Below, one piece after another: positions 1 through 11,062 of a stretch of DNA of 28,108 nucleotides (within the stretch, counting starts at the first letter, position 1; every line of letters starts with the position of its first letter). Location: assembly GCF_006345805.1 (NCBI RefSeq), contig NW_021833495.1, positions 1 to 28,108 of the forward strand, given 5' to 3'. The notes under the pieces are model-generated. The model had not been told where the DNA came from, searched no databases, and was given only the letters and a program-made list of their open reading frames with translations. The DNA comes from Octopus sinensis (lineage: Eukaryota). Made by a program: the position numbers and the translations under genes.

Positions 1-1566
1 ACTGCTACAAAGGTAAATGTGACGCCCTAGATACAAATAATTACAGAGGTATCAAGCTGTTGGATCAGGTAATGAAGGTTACTGAGAGGGTCATAGCCCA
101 ACTAATTAGAGAGAGAGTTAGTTTAGATGAGATGCAGTTTGGGTTCGTGCCAGTGAAAAGCACCACTGATGTCATATTCCTGGTAAGACAGCTGCAGGAG
201 AAATATCTAGCCAAAGATAAGCCCCTGTACCTCACTTTCGTTGACATGGAGAAAGCCTTCGACAGGGTCCTCTGATCCCTTATCTGGGGGTCAATGAGGA
301 AACTAGGGATAGATGAATGGTTAGTGAAAGCTGTGCAAGCCATGTACAGGGACACTGCTAGTAAGGTGAGGGTTAGCAACGAGTTCAGTGAAGAATTCCG
401 GGTAGAGGTAGGGGTCCACCAAGGTCCAGTCCTCAGCCCCCTCCTATTTATCATAGTCCTCCAGGCAATAACAGAGGAATTCAAGACAGGATGCTGCTGG
501 GAGCTCCTGTACACTGATGACCTTGCTCAAATTGCTGAGTCACTATCAGACCTGGAGGAGAAGTTCCAGGTGTGGAAGCAAGGATTAGAATCCTTAGAGT
601 CAACCTAGCTAAAACCAAAGTCCTAATAAGTAGGAAGGTAGACAAGTCACAAACGCCTTCAGGTAGATGGCCCTGCTCGATCTGTAGAAAAGGTGAGGTA
701 GAAACTCTATAAGATGCACCATGTGTAAGCTATGGACACATAAGAGGTGCAGCAATGTCAAGGGAAGGCTAAGAAGATAGTTTTGTATGTGGCAGATGCT
801 TAAGAGCAATAAACCTGAAAATGCGCAGAGACCAACTTCCACTACATTCCAGGGAGAAAAACTAGAAGTAGTTGATAGCTTCCGTTACCTAGGTGACCAA
901 ATTAGTAGCGGGGGCGGGTGTGTTGAAAGGGTAACTACTAGAGTAAGAATAGCCTGGGCAAACTTCAGAGAGCTCTTACCTCTGCTAGGGACAAAAAGCC
1001 TGTCGCTCAAAGTAAAAGGCAGACTGTATGACGCATGTGTATGAACAGCCATGCTACATGGTAGTGAAACATGGGCCATGACTGCTGAGGATATGTGTAA
1101 GCTCGCAAGAAATGAAGACAGTATGCTCCGATGGATGTGTAATGTCAGTGTTCATACTTGACAGAGTGTAAATACCTTGAGAGAAAAGTTGGTGTGCAAG
1201 AGAGACGTTTGCGCTGGTATGGTCATGTGGCGAGAATGGCTGAAGATAGTTGTGTGAAAAAGTGACTCACCCTAATGGTTGAGGGAACCTGTGGAAGAAG
1301 TAGACCCAGGAAAACCTGGGACGAGGTGGTGAAGCACGACCTTTAAGGTCTCTCTGAGGAAATAACTAGAGATCGAGACCTTTGGAAGTATGCTGTGTGT
1401 GAGAAGACCCGGCAGAACAAGTGAGACCATAACCCGTGACCTCAGTCCACTTATGCATACTTTTCCTTCTGGGACACAAAACTCTACTTGTGAAGACCTG
1501 TTGAGGCAAGTGAAAATCAAAATCAAAATCAAAATCGATCAACATCAATGGAAATTGTAGCTGTGA
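1..1566 (+). mobile_element. RTE-clade non-LTR retrotransposon, disrupted RT region plus start of 3' UTR (continues off the left edge)
   Basis: ORF fragments carry RT motifs QFGFVPVKSTTDVIF, LTFVDMEKAFDRV, GVHQGPVLSPLLF, LLYTDDL, FRYLGDQI, broken by stops and frameshifts. Same family as 11063-12242. Confidence 0.9.
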
Positions 1567-2110
1567 TTTTCTGGGAAACGCTTATCTAAGAGAGAGAGGA
1601 ATTTTAAAACTAAATTAGCTTTAACATTTTGGGAGAGTGAGGGCAAACCAAATTAATTTCCTATTCTAAGGTGTATCTTTTATTATTCATATTATTACTA
1701 GAAAAGTTGTAATATAAATTATCTTTGAAGCTACCATTACCTAGGACATTTTCATAGTAAGAGGCTTATCAAAAATCTCTTTAGAGGAGAGAGGTTGAAT
1801 ATCCTGCTATTAATGTTTAGCTATCAGGTTTCTAAACCTGGTAGCAAAACTGTTTGTGAGTGCAGTTAAGTTTCTTGTTGCGTTTATGATATGGTTTATT
1901 AGAGTGAAAGTTTAGATCTCGGGAAACATCTTAAAATTGACTTTTAACAAATCGGTCATGACTGTGATTTTGAGGCTTAATTGACTAAAGGTAGTGAGTA
2001 TGATCATTGCGGCCATGAGAAATTCCCAATCCATTGTTTAGGTGTAGACCAACATTGTGGGATGGGAACATTGAACAATTCATTTGTATCAGATTTCTTA
2101 ATCCATGGTT
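1562..2110 (-). mobile_element. Highly decayed Penelope-like element RT/thumb fragment
   Basis: Manual minus-strand translation across frameshifts gives PWIKKSDTNELFNV, LKITVMTDLLKVNF..DVSRDLN..KPYHK, RKLIWF and KFLSLLDKRFPENH. These match PLE RT motifs (WxKK..FDV; LKIT..VNFLDV; IIWFNPP..FLxLIDKHFP). Confidence 0.6.
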
Positions 2111-2339
2111 ATCACTTACTTATCTACTTGCCCTCTTATTTCAGTCACACTCTTACTATCCTCTCTCACTCATGCTATTTCCCCCAACACTGTTCTGTCT
2201 AACTATTCAGCTGGTAAAGTCTCTTTCACCTTACAGTGTAGAAGGCAATCACTACTAAAATTTCACTCATATCATTCTATAGAGTGGTTGATGAGCTGTC
2301 TAGGATTAGTTAATAACTTATATTACCTAATTAATGAAA

Positions 2340-2560
2340 AGGGCAGGGGATCAGAGAGCATAGTAGTAAAGGTAAGAAGTTCAAGAAGTTATTACCTCTG
2401 CTGGCAACAAAGGGTTTTTTTCTCAGAGTGTAAGATGGATTACATGATGCTTGTATATGAAGTGTGATGCTGTTTAAAAGTGAGACATGGGCCTCTTTGA
2501 GTGTAGATTTATGAAGAGTAAAATTAAATGAACTGAACATAGTCTGCTGGATGTGTAATA
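2340..2560 (+). mobile_element. Degenerate RTE fragment (same family as 1-1566)
   Basis: ttacctctgctggcaacaaagggt...gagacatgggcc...ggatgtgtaat parallels 976-1143. Confidence 0.6.
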
Positions 2561-4278
2561 GTATACTATACTAGTCTAAGTATAGTATCGTATATTATGG
2601 TTGCAAAATGATATATAATCTGACCTTGCTAGCAATTTATATGTGTGTACTGTTTGCCAGGAATGCGTTTAATATGTAAATTAGTCTATCCAGTTGTGTC
2701 ACACTGTTGAACTTATTGGGTATTTAAGCAATGTATCCATGGACTGTTGCTGGGTTGGATGTGGTGTTTATGAAAGAGCAATAACTCTTGAATTATGTAA
2801 ATGCATCCATTACCTATATTTTCTCTCTTCAATTGTATTGTTTACATAGACATATTCATTCGCAAATGTTGTAACTGGCAGTGCTGACTCTGGAAAGCTA
2901 TCACTATAAAGTACCATAGGAGGGAGACAAGTACGGTTTGACGATACAAGAATACACTGTTTGCTTGATCATTTTTTTGTCAAAATCATATTTCATTTGA
3001 AAGTTTTCTATGTGAACTTTCTTCTCATATAATTTGAATCAAAATCTGACTCATGGCATTTTATGCCATGTTCCTTCAATCACCCTGGTATCTCCACCCA
3101 TTCACAAAGTTTGTCCTTTTTTTTTATTATTTTGACTACTGAAAGGTAGCTCTCATCTTTGTTCAGTGTGGTGGAACAGTATTACTTGATTCTTTTGCAG
3201 ATCATACTGTCATGAAAAGGACTTTTACTGCTTTATTTTGATATAAAAATCAGTGAAATTAGGTCAAATAATCCCTATGACATATAAAAGTGAAAATTTT
3301 ATCATCAACTTTCACTTAGAAAATAATACATTTTCTTCAAGATTTTTATGTCATAAGAAAGAAAAATTACTTGCCAGTCAGATATGATCATTGCTGAATC
3401 TGGCCACAGTATGGTGAAAAAGTGCATAGTCAATAAAGAGAGTGGTACACTGACACTACTAGTCTCTGTGGTGAGAGGTCAAACAGAACACAAATCTGAG
3501 GTTTCAGAATCCAAGGCTCTGGTTTGAGCCAGAGTTTCAAGAAATTAACTAATTACTAAGTAAACATATTTCTATAGAAAAGTGCACTAAATTGAGCTGC
3601 TTCAGACTTCTAGAACCCATAATTAGCATAGAATGATTGTATTGTGAATCTTTATTCCCTTTTGTTGTGTAACAAAGTGTAGAGATTGATGTCTGACTTA
3701 TACCTTGTGGATATTCTTGTACATGTAAATTTCATTGTCCTTTGAGAAATATTGGTCAAATTTTGCAAACACAATTATATCGTACAATGAATATTATTTT
3801 GTAGACTATTTAGGTTCAATATGAAGCATTTTCTTTCCCAATTTTGAATATAGTTGGATAATTTGTAGTAGTATTTACATATTCATTTTAGGTTTTTGTC
3901 TCTCTCTCCTACTAACAAGTTTGCTATGTTACAGATGTTTTTAATATCTTTAATTCAAGCTTTTAATGCTAAAGCAAGGAATTAGATTTCACATTTTGTT
4001 TGTCTTTTAATCTGGGTCTACATGCAATTCTGAGAAAGGTGCCAGGTCATCATGTCATGTGCTAGAAGCAACAGCTAAATCTTCTGTAAATCATACACTT
4101 TTTCATTTGAAAATGTTTTCAAAGATCATTTCATAACCAAAACGTTTCTCTTGTTTTTTTAAGTGCATTGTACAGAAAAGAAGAGACCAAAATCAGTCCA
4201 GAGGGGAGGGAAGGAGGTTGGAAAAAATCATAGATTTTCAATAAATTTTTCTATAACATACCTTGCCCTGTCATATCC

Positions 4279-4749
4279 AAGGCGGTGGTGAAAAGAAAAT
4301 TGGAAAAATCCCCATCAAAATTCAGCTTAGATGGACATCCTGACCCCAAACTCTGCTGCTTATAGCTATTTTTAATAGTCCATCAAAATTGTATTGAAAT
4401 GGTGTCATGATCCCAAATCTCAGGATTTATTTAGCTTGTATCTATTACAAATATACCAAAACTCAAGTCCTTGTGACTTGTACTTTTGAATTTAGCTAAG
4501 TCTGAAAACCCTGAAATTGACTGTTTGTTACATGTAACAAAATAGGTTTTACATAAATATTTTTAAAATTGCTCCCAAAACAAAGTTTTATATTCAAAAA
4601 CCTGAAAATAAATAGAAAGAAAAAGAAAGCCACCTATTTGTGTAATACAAAGTTGGTTATCACCTTAGTTTCAAAGATATATTACAAAATGGTCAATTAT
4701 TCATGTAGGCTAATTAGGCAAGATTTTAACAAATTCACTGGCCACCTAA
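4279..4749. mobile_element. Possible old non-autonomous DNA transposon (MITE-like)
   Basis: Imperfect terminal inverted repeats aaggcggtggtgaa (4279) / ttcactggccacctaa (4734); no ORF. Confidence 0.3.
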
Positions 4750-5197
4750 GTCGTCATGTCTCCTAAAATATTCATTCAAATTTCACGAATGAAGTATCAA
4801 AATGCTCTCCAAGAAAATGTACAGTAGAAATTACATTTAAATAGTTTCAAAATTTCATAGTGACCCCTATAGAAAATCATATTTTACTTGGATGTTCTGA
4901 GGTATTTGAAAGAGAGAGTGTAATGGAAGATGCTAAAGATATGACTAAACAAAACACTGATGTTGCTTTTTGTTTTTTCTTTGTATTTTTCAGATTAACT
5001 GTGTCTAGTGTTTTTATTACTTATCCTCTATACTGCTCTTCATAATTTCACCACGATAATACTTGCTCATGGGTTCCTGTTTTTGCAAAGACAAGTTCCT
5101 ATGATTTATGTTGAATTATTTTTTACACTATTATTTTGCATCACGGACTATTTGTAGAAATTGTTCCTATCAGTATTTATCATTTTCTTTGTAGATA

Positions 5198-5252
5198 ATG
5201 GAATTTAACCCGTTATATTTGAAATACTTGTTCCTTGCACAATGCTTCTGTG
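5198..5252 (+). CDS. First coding exon (signal peptide, MEFNPLYLKYLFLAQCFC) of an Ig-superfamily gene
   Basis: Acceptor cattttctttgtag ends at 5194, ATG at 5198, 18 codons +1 nt, then consensus donor G|gtaagt at 5253. Phase 1 matches the Ig exon at 21972. Confidence 0.7.
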
Positions 5253-5542
5253 GTAAGTAACAATATGTCTCTTATATAAACATTTTTATTCAGAATTTTT
5301 AATTGACATAAATTTGTATCCACTGTAGAATTTAATCATAACTATTGCTGTTTGATCCTAAGGCCAGTGCTGATAAATTATGTTCAAAGGTGTTGCATAT
5401 GTTGATATTTCATATTGTTTTTGCAGCTTCATTTTCTGTTCTTAAGGTGATAAGTGGTGATTTGAGGTGAATTTGGCTGCTATTTCTAGCAGATTGATTT
5501 GAACCTGACTAGCCTACATCTATTTTCATGGCTACTATATAT

Positions 5543-5725
5543 TGGCACAGTTATGGCTGTGTGATTTAAGAGTTAAATGCAGACAGAGCTTAGAAGTTTG
5601 TGTTCCAAACATGTAGCTTTGGGTTCAGTTTCACTGCATGGCACCTTAAGCAAGTAAGTTATACTATAGCTCCAGATCAACCAAAGCATTCTGAATAGAT
5701 GTGGCAGATATAACTGAAAGCCCAT

Positions 5726-5732
<7 letters not shown>
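5543..5732 (+). mobile_element. tRNA-derived SINE, 5' half up to its internal microsatellite
   Basis: A-box-like tggctgtgtg and B-box-like gggttcagtttcactgcatggcacctt; homologous to the complete copy at 25046-25503. Confidence 0.7.

Positions 5733-5781
<49 letters not shown>
5733..5781. repeat. (TA)n microsatellite; further (TA)n/(TG)n tracts at about 6150, 10740, 10960-11060, 12505, 13715-13795, 16200-16395, 25247-25340 and 26077-26120
   Basis: Directly visible dinucleotide runs. Confidence 0.97.
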
Positions 5782-5783
<2 letters not shown>

Positions 5784-6142
5784 TGAGAAAGCACGTGGTT
5801 GAATATATAGAAAATAGTAAAAAGTGAAAAAACTACAGAAGGCTTGTTTTAAAAGGTTAAAAAATATATTTGAGTCATTATGTCAGAAGAATGTTATAAA
5901 ATTTTTTCATACAGTGACATAGTTTTTGAAGAAATTACCGGTTTCGTGTTAACTTCTCAAATTTCTCAAAACATCGTGTTATGTCTTCGTTATGAAGTGC
6001 AAAGAAGACGGTAATTTCTTCAAAAACTATGTCACTGTATGAAAAAATTTTATAACATTCTTCTGACATAATGACTCAAATATATTTTTTAACCTTTTAA
6101 AGCAAGCCTTCTGTAGTTTTTTTCACTTTTTTACTATTTTAT

Positions 6143-6145
<3 letters not shown>
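5782..6145 (-). mobile_element. Non-coding PLE-derived element: ~130-bp inverted repeat with hammerhead, flanked by (TA)n
   Basis: Arms 5811-5940 and 6009-6140 are near-perfect reverse complements (one substitution and homopolymer indels noticed) around a 68-bp spacer; hammerhead at the arm/spacer junction. Confidence 0.75.
5922..5972 (-). ncRNA. Minimal type I hammerhead ribozyme, U3-A8 core variant
   Basis: Minus strand: GTTTTGAGAAAT-TTGAGAA-GT(TAAC)AC-GAAA-CCGG-TA-ATTTCTTCAAAAAC. Stem I is about 11 bp with a bulge, stem II is 2 bp, stem III is palindromic CCGG, cleavage triplet GUA. Confidence 0.65.
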
Positions 6146-6182
<37 letters not shown>

Positions 6183-6184
<2 letters not shown>

Positions 6185-6870
6185 TATATAATTAGGGCTT
6201 AGTAAAATAAAATAAATTACTTTGCCACATACTGAACTTAGTAGAAATAGCAGCCAAAAAAAGTTTTTTTAGCCGTTTCTACTACTTAAAGAAAATTTCT
6301 CTCAGATAATGTTTACTCCAGACAGCTCACGAAGGTTTGGAGGTAAATACAGAAAAATATCACAAGTACATAGATCGTTTGAGTACGTTAACGTTTCAAG
6401 ATTAGCCAAGTAAAATCAGCATTTCTTTCGTCAGCTCAAAATTTCTTAATTTGGATTTGGAAACACTAAAAAGAAGGAACCTTACCTATCTGCGAACTTG
6501 TCGCTTCAAATGAACCAGCTCCGACTGACAGTGCTAACAAATTCAAAATGCGCAGGCGTAAATCTCTGCACTCCTTTGCCACCCACGTGGTCTATCTAGC
6601 AAACACTATGTTTTAACCGCGAGAACCGAGGCAGTATGACAGAGAGAAATGAATTATAATATCAACAATTGAGGGTAAAATTAATTAATCAATTTCACCA
6701 AGTGTTCAGTATGTAAAAGGACCATTTAAGGCGAATTCAAAATATTACATTATATAATTAGGGCTTAGTAAAATAAAATAAATTACTTTGAATTCACCTT
6801 AAATGGTCCTTTTACATACTGAACACTTGGTGAAATTGATTAATTAATTTTACCCTCAATTGTTGATATA
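6183..6870 (-). mobile_element. Second non-coding PLE-derived element with partial direct and inverted terminal repeats, flanked by (TA)n
   Basis: 40-bp direct repeat 6185-6224/6751-6790; ~83-bp inverted repeat 6659-6741/6787-6870; internal canonical hammerhead. Confidence 0.75.
6378..6440 (-). ncRNA. Canonical type I hammerhead ribozyme
   Basis: Minus strand: TTTGAG-CTGACGA-AAGA(AATGCTGATTTTACTTGGCTAA)TCTT-GAAA-CGTTAACG-TA-CTCAAA. All core nucleotides and three stems are present. Confidence 0.88.
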
Positions 6871-6880
6871 TATATATATA

Positions 6881-7394
6881 AATCCCTTCATGTAGATGGC
6901 TCTGCTCGATCTGTAGGAAAGGCATAGGTAGAAACTTTACAAGATGTACCCAGTATAAGCTATGGACACATAAGTGGTTCAGTAATATCAAAGGAAGGCC
7001 AACTGGGAAGATAGTTTTGTATGTGGCAGATGCTCAGGAGCAATAAACACTGAAAATATGCATGGAAATTGTAGTTAAGACACCCATGCCAGTAACACGT
7101 AATAAGTACCGTTCGAACGTGGCAGATACTGGTATCGCCTGACTAGCGTCTGTATTGGTGACATGTAAAAGCACCAACCAATCGTGGCCATTTGCCAGCC
7201 TACTCTGGCTCCTGTGCCAGTGGCACGTAAAAAACACTCACTACACTCACGGAGTGGTTGGTGTTAGGAAGGGCATCCAGCTGTAGACACACTGCCAAAT
7301 CAGACTAGAGCCTGGTGCAGCCTCCATGGCTCACCAGACACCGGTTGAACCGTTCAAACCATGCTAGCATGGAAAACGGACGTTAAATGATGAT
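6881..7394 (+). mobile_element. Internally deleted RTE fragment joined to the RTE 3' tail (SINE-like)
   Basis: 6881-7060 matches 653-825; then ttggtgttaggaagggcatccagc...ccatgctagcatggaaaacggacgttaaatgatgat tail, as at 11063-11230. Confidence 0.75.
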
Positions 7395-7409
7395 ATGTGT
7401 AAGTGTATG

Positions 7410-10400
7410 TGTTTTGGTTTTGGCAACATGAATGACAATGGTCAGAGACTACTTGAATTTTGCACAAAGGCATCTTGGAGACATCCAAGATCTCACCACT
7501 GGCATCAGCTGGATCTCATCATTACACGAAGATCCTTTCTGAATTCTGTTCAATTTACCCGTAGTTACCACAGTGTGGATTGTGACACAGATCATTCACT
7601 AATAAGAAGCAGGGTGAAGATTCTGCCTAAAAAAGTCCATCACTCCAAGAAAATGGGCCGACCACGCATTAACACGCCAACAAAGCATGCAGAGTTCAGT
7701 TTTTAATTCGACGGTCATTCGGAATGCTCACAGCAGCCATATTCCTACCGCTCTATGTCACGCTGATGAGACCCATATTGGAGTACGGGATTCAAGCTTC
7801 TTCTCCTTATCTCCTCAAAGACATACATCATCTCGAAAGAGTCCAGAAGCTGGCTACCCGCATGGTTCTTGGTCTCAAGCATTTGTCTTATGAAGAAAGG
7901 CTGTAGACGCTCGACCTTTATTCTCTAGAAAAACGACGACGCCGTGGTGATCTCATTCTGCTCACAACATCATAAGCGGAAAGTGTAACCTCTCAAAAGA
8001 GCTGTTCTTCACTCCTGCTCCAGAGCGTGGGTTGCAGGGTCACTCTGAAAAGCTCTATCTATGACGATTTCATCTCAATCGAAGGAGAGAGGCTTTCTCC
8101 GTCCGGGTTGAGGATCCGTGGAATAAGCTGCCGGATGAGGTAGTGAAGATGCCGACGACTGCTCGGTTCAAAGTCTCTCTTGACCAGAAATAGCCTGAAC
8201 TCTTTGTATGACCACCCTCCCTGTACATAACTCCCTGTCCCCCTACATGGCCTTGCTTTTGCTTTTTGAGCCAATAAAAATTGAATTGAATTGAAAAAAT
8301 ACACTGCCAGAACCTCGGACCCTACAAAAATGTTTTGCTGTTTTTACCAAGTTTGCCCTCAGTAGCTGCCCAAACTCCTCTGCTGAAAGCTTCCCTGGAA
8401 TTATATCGGGGAAGCTTTGTATACCACATCAATAGATACTTTCGGCATGAGAGAAAGGCAAAACCCAGATTGGTTCAGTGCTGGGCTCTCAGAGCTGGAA
8501 CCAGTTATCGAACCAAAGCGTGCAACTCTGATGCAATACAAGAGTGATTCTTCTACAAAGTCACTCAAAGAACTCAGAAAGGCAAGAAATAAAACCCAAC
8601 TGACTGCCAGACGCCGTGCAAATAGGTATTGGCAGGAAATCTGTCAGAGTATCCAGTCAGCTGCTGACAGTGGCGACACCTGTGGGATGTATGCCGGTTT
8701 GAGAAGGCCCTCGGTCCATCCGCAACTAAGTCAGCCCCTCTGAAATCAACTACTGGAGATCTCATGAAGGACCAAAGCAAGCAAATGGATAGATGAGTGG
8801 AGTACTACCAGGATTTCTACTCACGGGAGACCACGGTAGCTGAGTCTGCAATCGAGGGTGTCAAGATCTTGCCAGTCATGTGTGAACTTGACAGTCTGCC
8901 ATCTATAGCAGAACTCACCAAGGCTATTGACTCCCTAGCAAGTAACAAGGTTCCGGGAAAAGATGGCATCCCCTTAGAGATCATCAAAACCGGCAAAAAC
9001 ACCATCCTGCTTCAGCACCTTCATGAGCTTCTGTATCAGTGCTGGGAAGAGAGTACAGTCGATCAGGATATGCAGGATGCCAACATCATTACGCTTTACA
9101 AAAACAAAGGTGACCGTGGTAATTGTAACAATTACCGTGGAATATCTCTTCTAAGCACTGTTGGAAAGACCTTTGCTCACGTTATCCTGTCCAGGCTACA
9201 ACTGCTTACTTCTCAAATTTATTCAGAATCACAGTGTGGCTTTAGAAGAAGCAGATCAACTATTGACATGATATTCTCCATACGCCAACTTCAGGAGAAG
9301 TCCAGACAGCAGAAAATGTCATTAGATATGGTCTTCATTGATCTGACAAAAGCCTTTGACTTGGTAAGTAGAAAAGTCCTCTTCATCCTGCTCCAATAAA
9401 TCGGATGTCCACTAAAGCTGCTGGGGATCATCAAATCTTTCCATGATGATATGCAAGACATCATACAGCACAACGGTTCAACATCAGCCGCCTTCCAAAT
9501 AAAAAATGGGGTAAAGCAAGGTTGTTCCTTGCTCTTATATTATTTGGCATCTTCTTCTCACTGCTGCTGTCACATGCCTTTGAGACATCAGATGATGGGA
9601 TCTTTCTGTACCGTAGAAGTGATGGGAAACTGTTCACTCTCTCGCGTCTGTGTGCCAAGACCAAAATCAAAAGTGTCCTGATCAAGGAAATACTATTTGC
9701 TGATGATGCCGCTCTGGTATCACACACAGAAGAATCCTTGCAAAGGCTTATCAACTGTTTTGAGCAAGCATGTAGTGACATTGGCTTAGTTATCAGCCTC
9801 AAGAAGACCAACATCATGGGTCAGGCTACATTGGACATCCGAAACATACATATTGGAGACCACAGACTACAGGAAGTGGAGAAGTTTACTTATTTTGGCT
9901 CTACCGTCACCTACAACCTATCCCTTGATGCTGAGCTAAATATACGCATTGGCAAGGCAGCTGCTGTGATGGCCCAACTCTCCAAACGGGCATGGGACAA
10001 CAATAAGCTGACCAAGACAAAAAAAATGAAGACTTACCAGGCATGTGTACTTAGCACTCTACTGTATGGAAGTGAGTCTTGGACACCATATACACGCCAA
10101 GAGCGTCGCCTAAATATCTTTCACCTGCACTGCCTCTGGAAAATCCTTGGCATCAAATGGCACAATCATGTCCCCAACAAAGATGCCTCAAGCAAGCAGG
10201 AATACCAAGCTTGTTTGCACTCCTCACACAAAGACGTATGAGGTGGCTTGGACATGTTAGCCGTATGGAAGTTGGCAGAATCCCCAAGGACATACTCTAT
10301 GGAGAGCTTGCTAGGGGCACTAGGTCTGTGGGAAGACAGTTCTTACGATACAAGGATGTTTGCAAAAAGGACATGAAGGCCTGCAACATTAATATTAGCA

Positions 10401-10696
10401 ACTGGGAAGCAGTTGCCAGCAACCGTGGAGATTAGCGACGTACCGTAAAAGAGGGAACACAAAGGAGTGACATAAAGAGAGAGGAGAAATGGAGAAACAA
10501 GAAACTATGACATTACAACCAGCCAGGCAAAGTCTTTGCTACATTTGCGGCACCTGCTAGAGGGATTGTTTGTCCAGGATAGGACTACACAGCCAAAGCA
10601 GGAGATGTATTAGGACATGAAATGTAAAAGCCAGACTAGATTATTTTATGCGCAACTCCATTGTCTCCTGAGACAAAAAGGATGCCAACAACAACA
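7410..10696 (+). mobile_element. RTE-clade (BovB-like) LINE, 5'-truncated within the endonuclease and pseudogenised, interrupted by a CR1 fragment
   Basis: APE C-terminus (SWRHPRSHHWHQLDLII...DTDHSL); RT motifs (NYRGISLLS, ESQCGFR, FIDLTKAFD, GVKQGC, LFADDA, LLYGSESW, RWLGHV); decayed C-terminal Cys motif near 10545-10610; tail ccattgtctcctgagac...(CAA)n. Confidence 0.92.
7676..8300 (+). mobile_element. CR1-group LINE 3' fragment nested in the RTE
   Basis: LYVTLMRPILEYG..SPYLLKDIHHLERVQKLATRMV..LSYEERL; aataaa and (ATTGA)n tail; ACAC duplicated at 7672-7675 and 8301-8304. Removing the insertion restores the RTE frame PRINTART. Confidence 0.88.
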
Positions 10697-10700
10697 TATA

Positions 10701-10900
10701 TGGATTTCGTAGACAGGAACTGAAACAAATCAACTGTATATATATATATATATATGTATGTATATATGTAAGTGTATGTGTGTGTCTTTGTGTTTCACCC
10801 TCATCACTGCTGTTCATTTATTTACATCCACACAACCGACTGTTTTCACAAGAACAAACTAATAGAATAAGTACCAGGCTTATCGACATAAATAAAGCAC
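10701..10900 (+). mobile_element. Decayed tRNA-SINE body (same family as 25046-25503)
   Basis: gtagacaggaactgaaa-(TA)n-gtgtctttgtgttt...aatagaataagtaccaggctta. Confidence 0.55.
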
Positions 10901-11062
10901 TAGGCTGTGTCTCATATTTTTGTTTGCCCACTCAGTTGTATCTATCAATTTGTCTTTGTATGTGTGTGTGTGTGTGTATATCTATATGTATTTATGTATG
11001 TATGTATGTATGTATGTATGAATGTATGTATGTAACTATCTATCTATCTATATATATATAAA

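Noticed and set aside
3052-3070. Perfect 8-bp hairpin catggcat-ttt-atgccatg
   Set aside because: Isolated short palindrome, plausible by chance, with no supporting context.
4981-5194. Upstream acceptor-like tttttcag at 4993 as a further coding exon
   Set aside because: No convincing ORF or donor; at most an alternative 5' UTR acceptor, which cannot be tested here.
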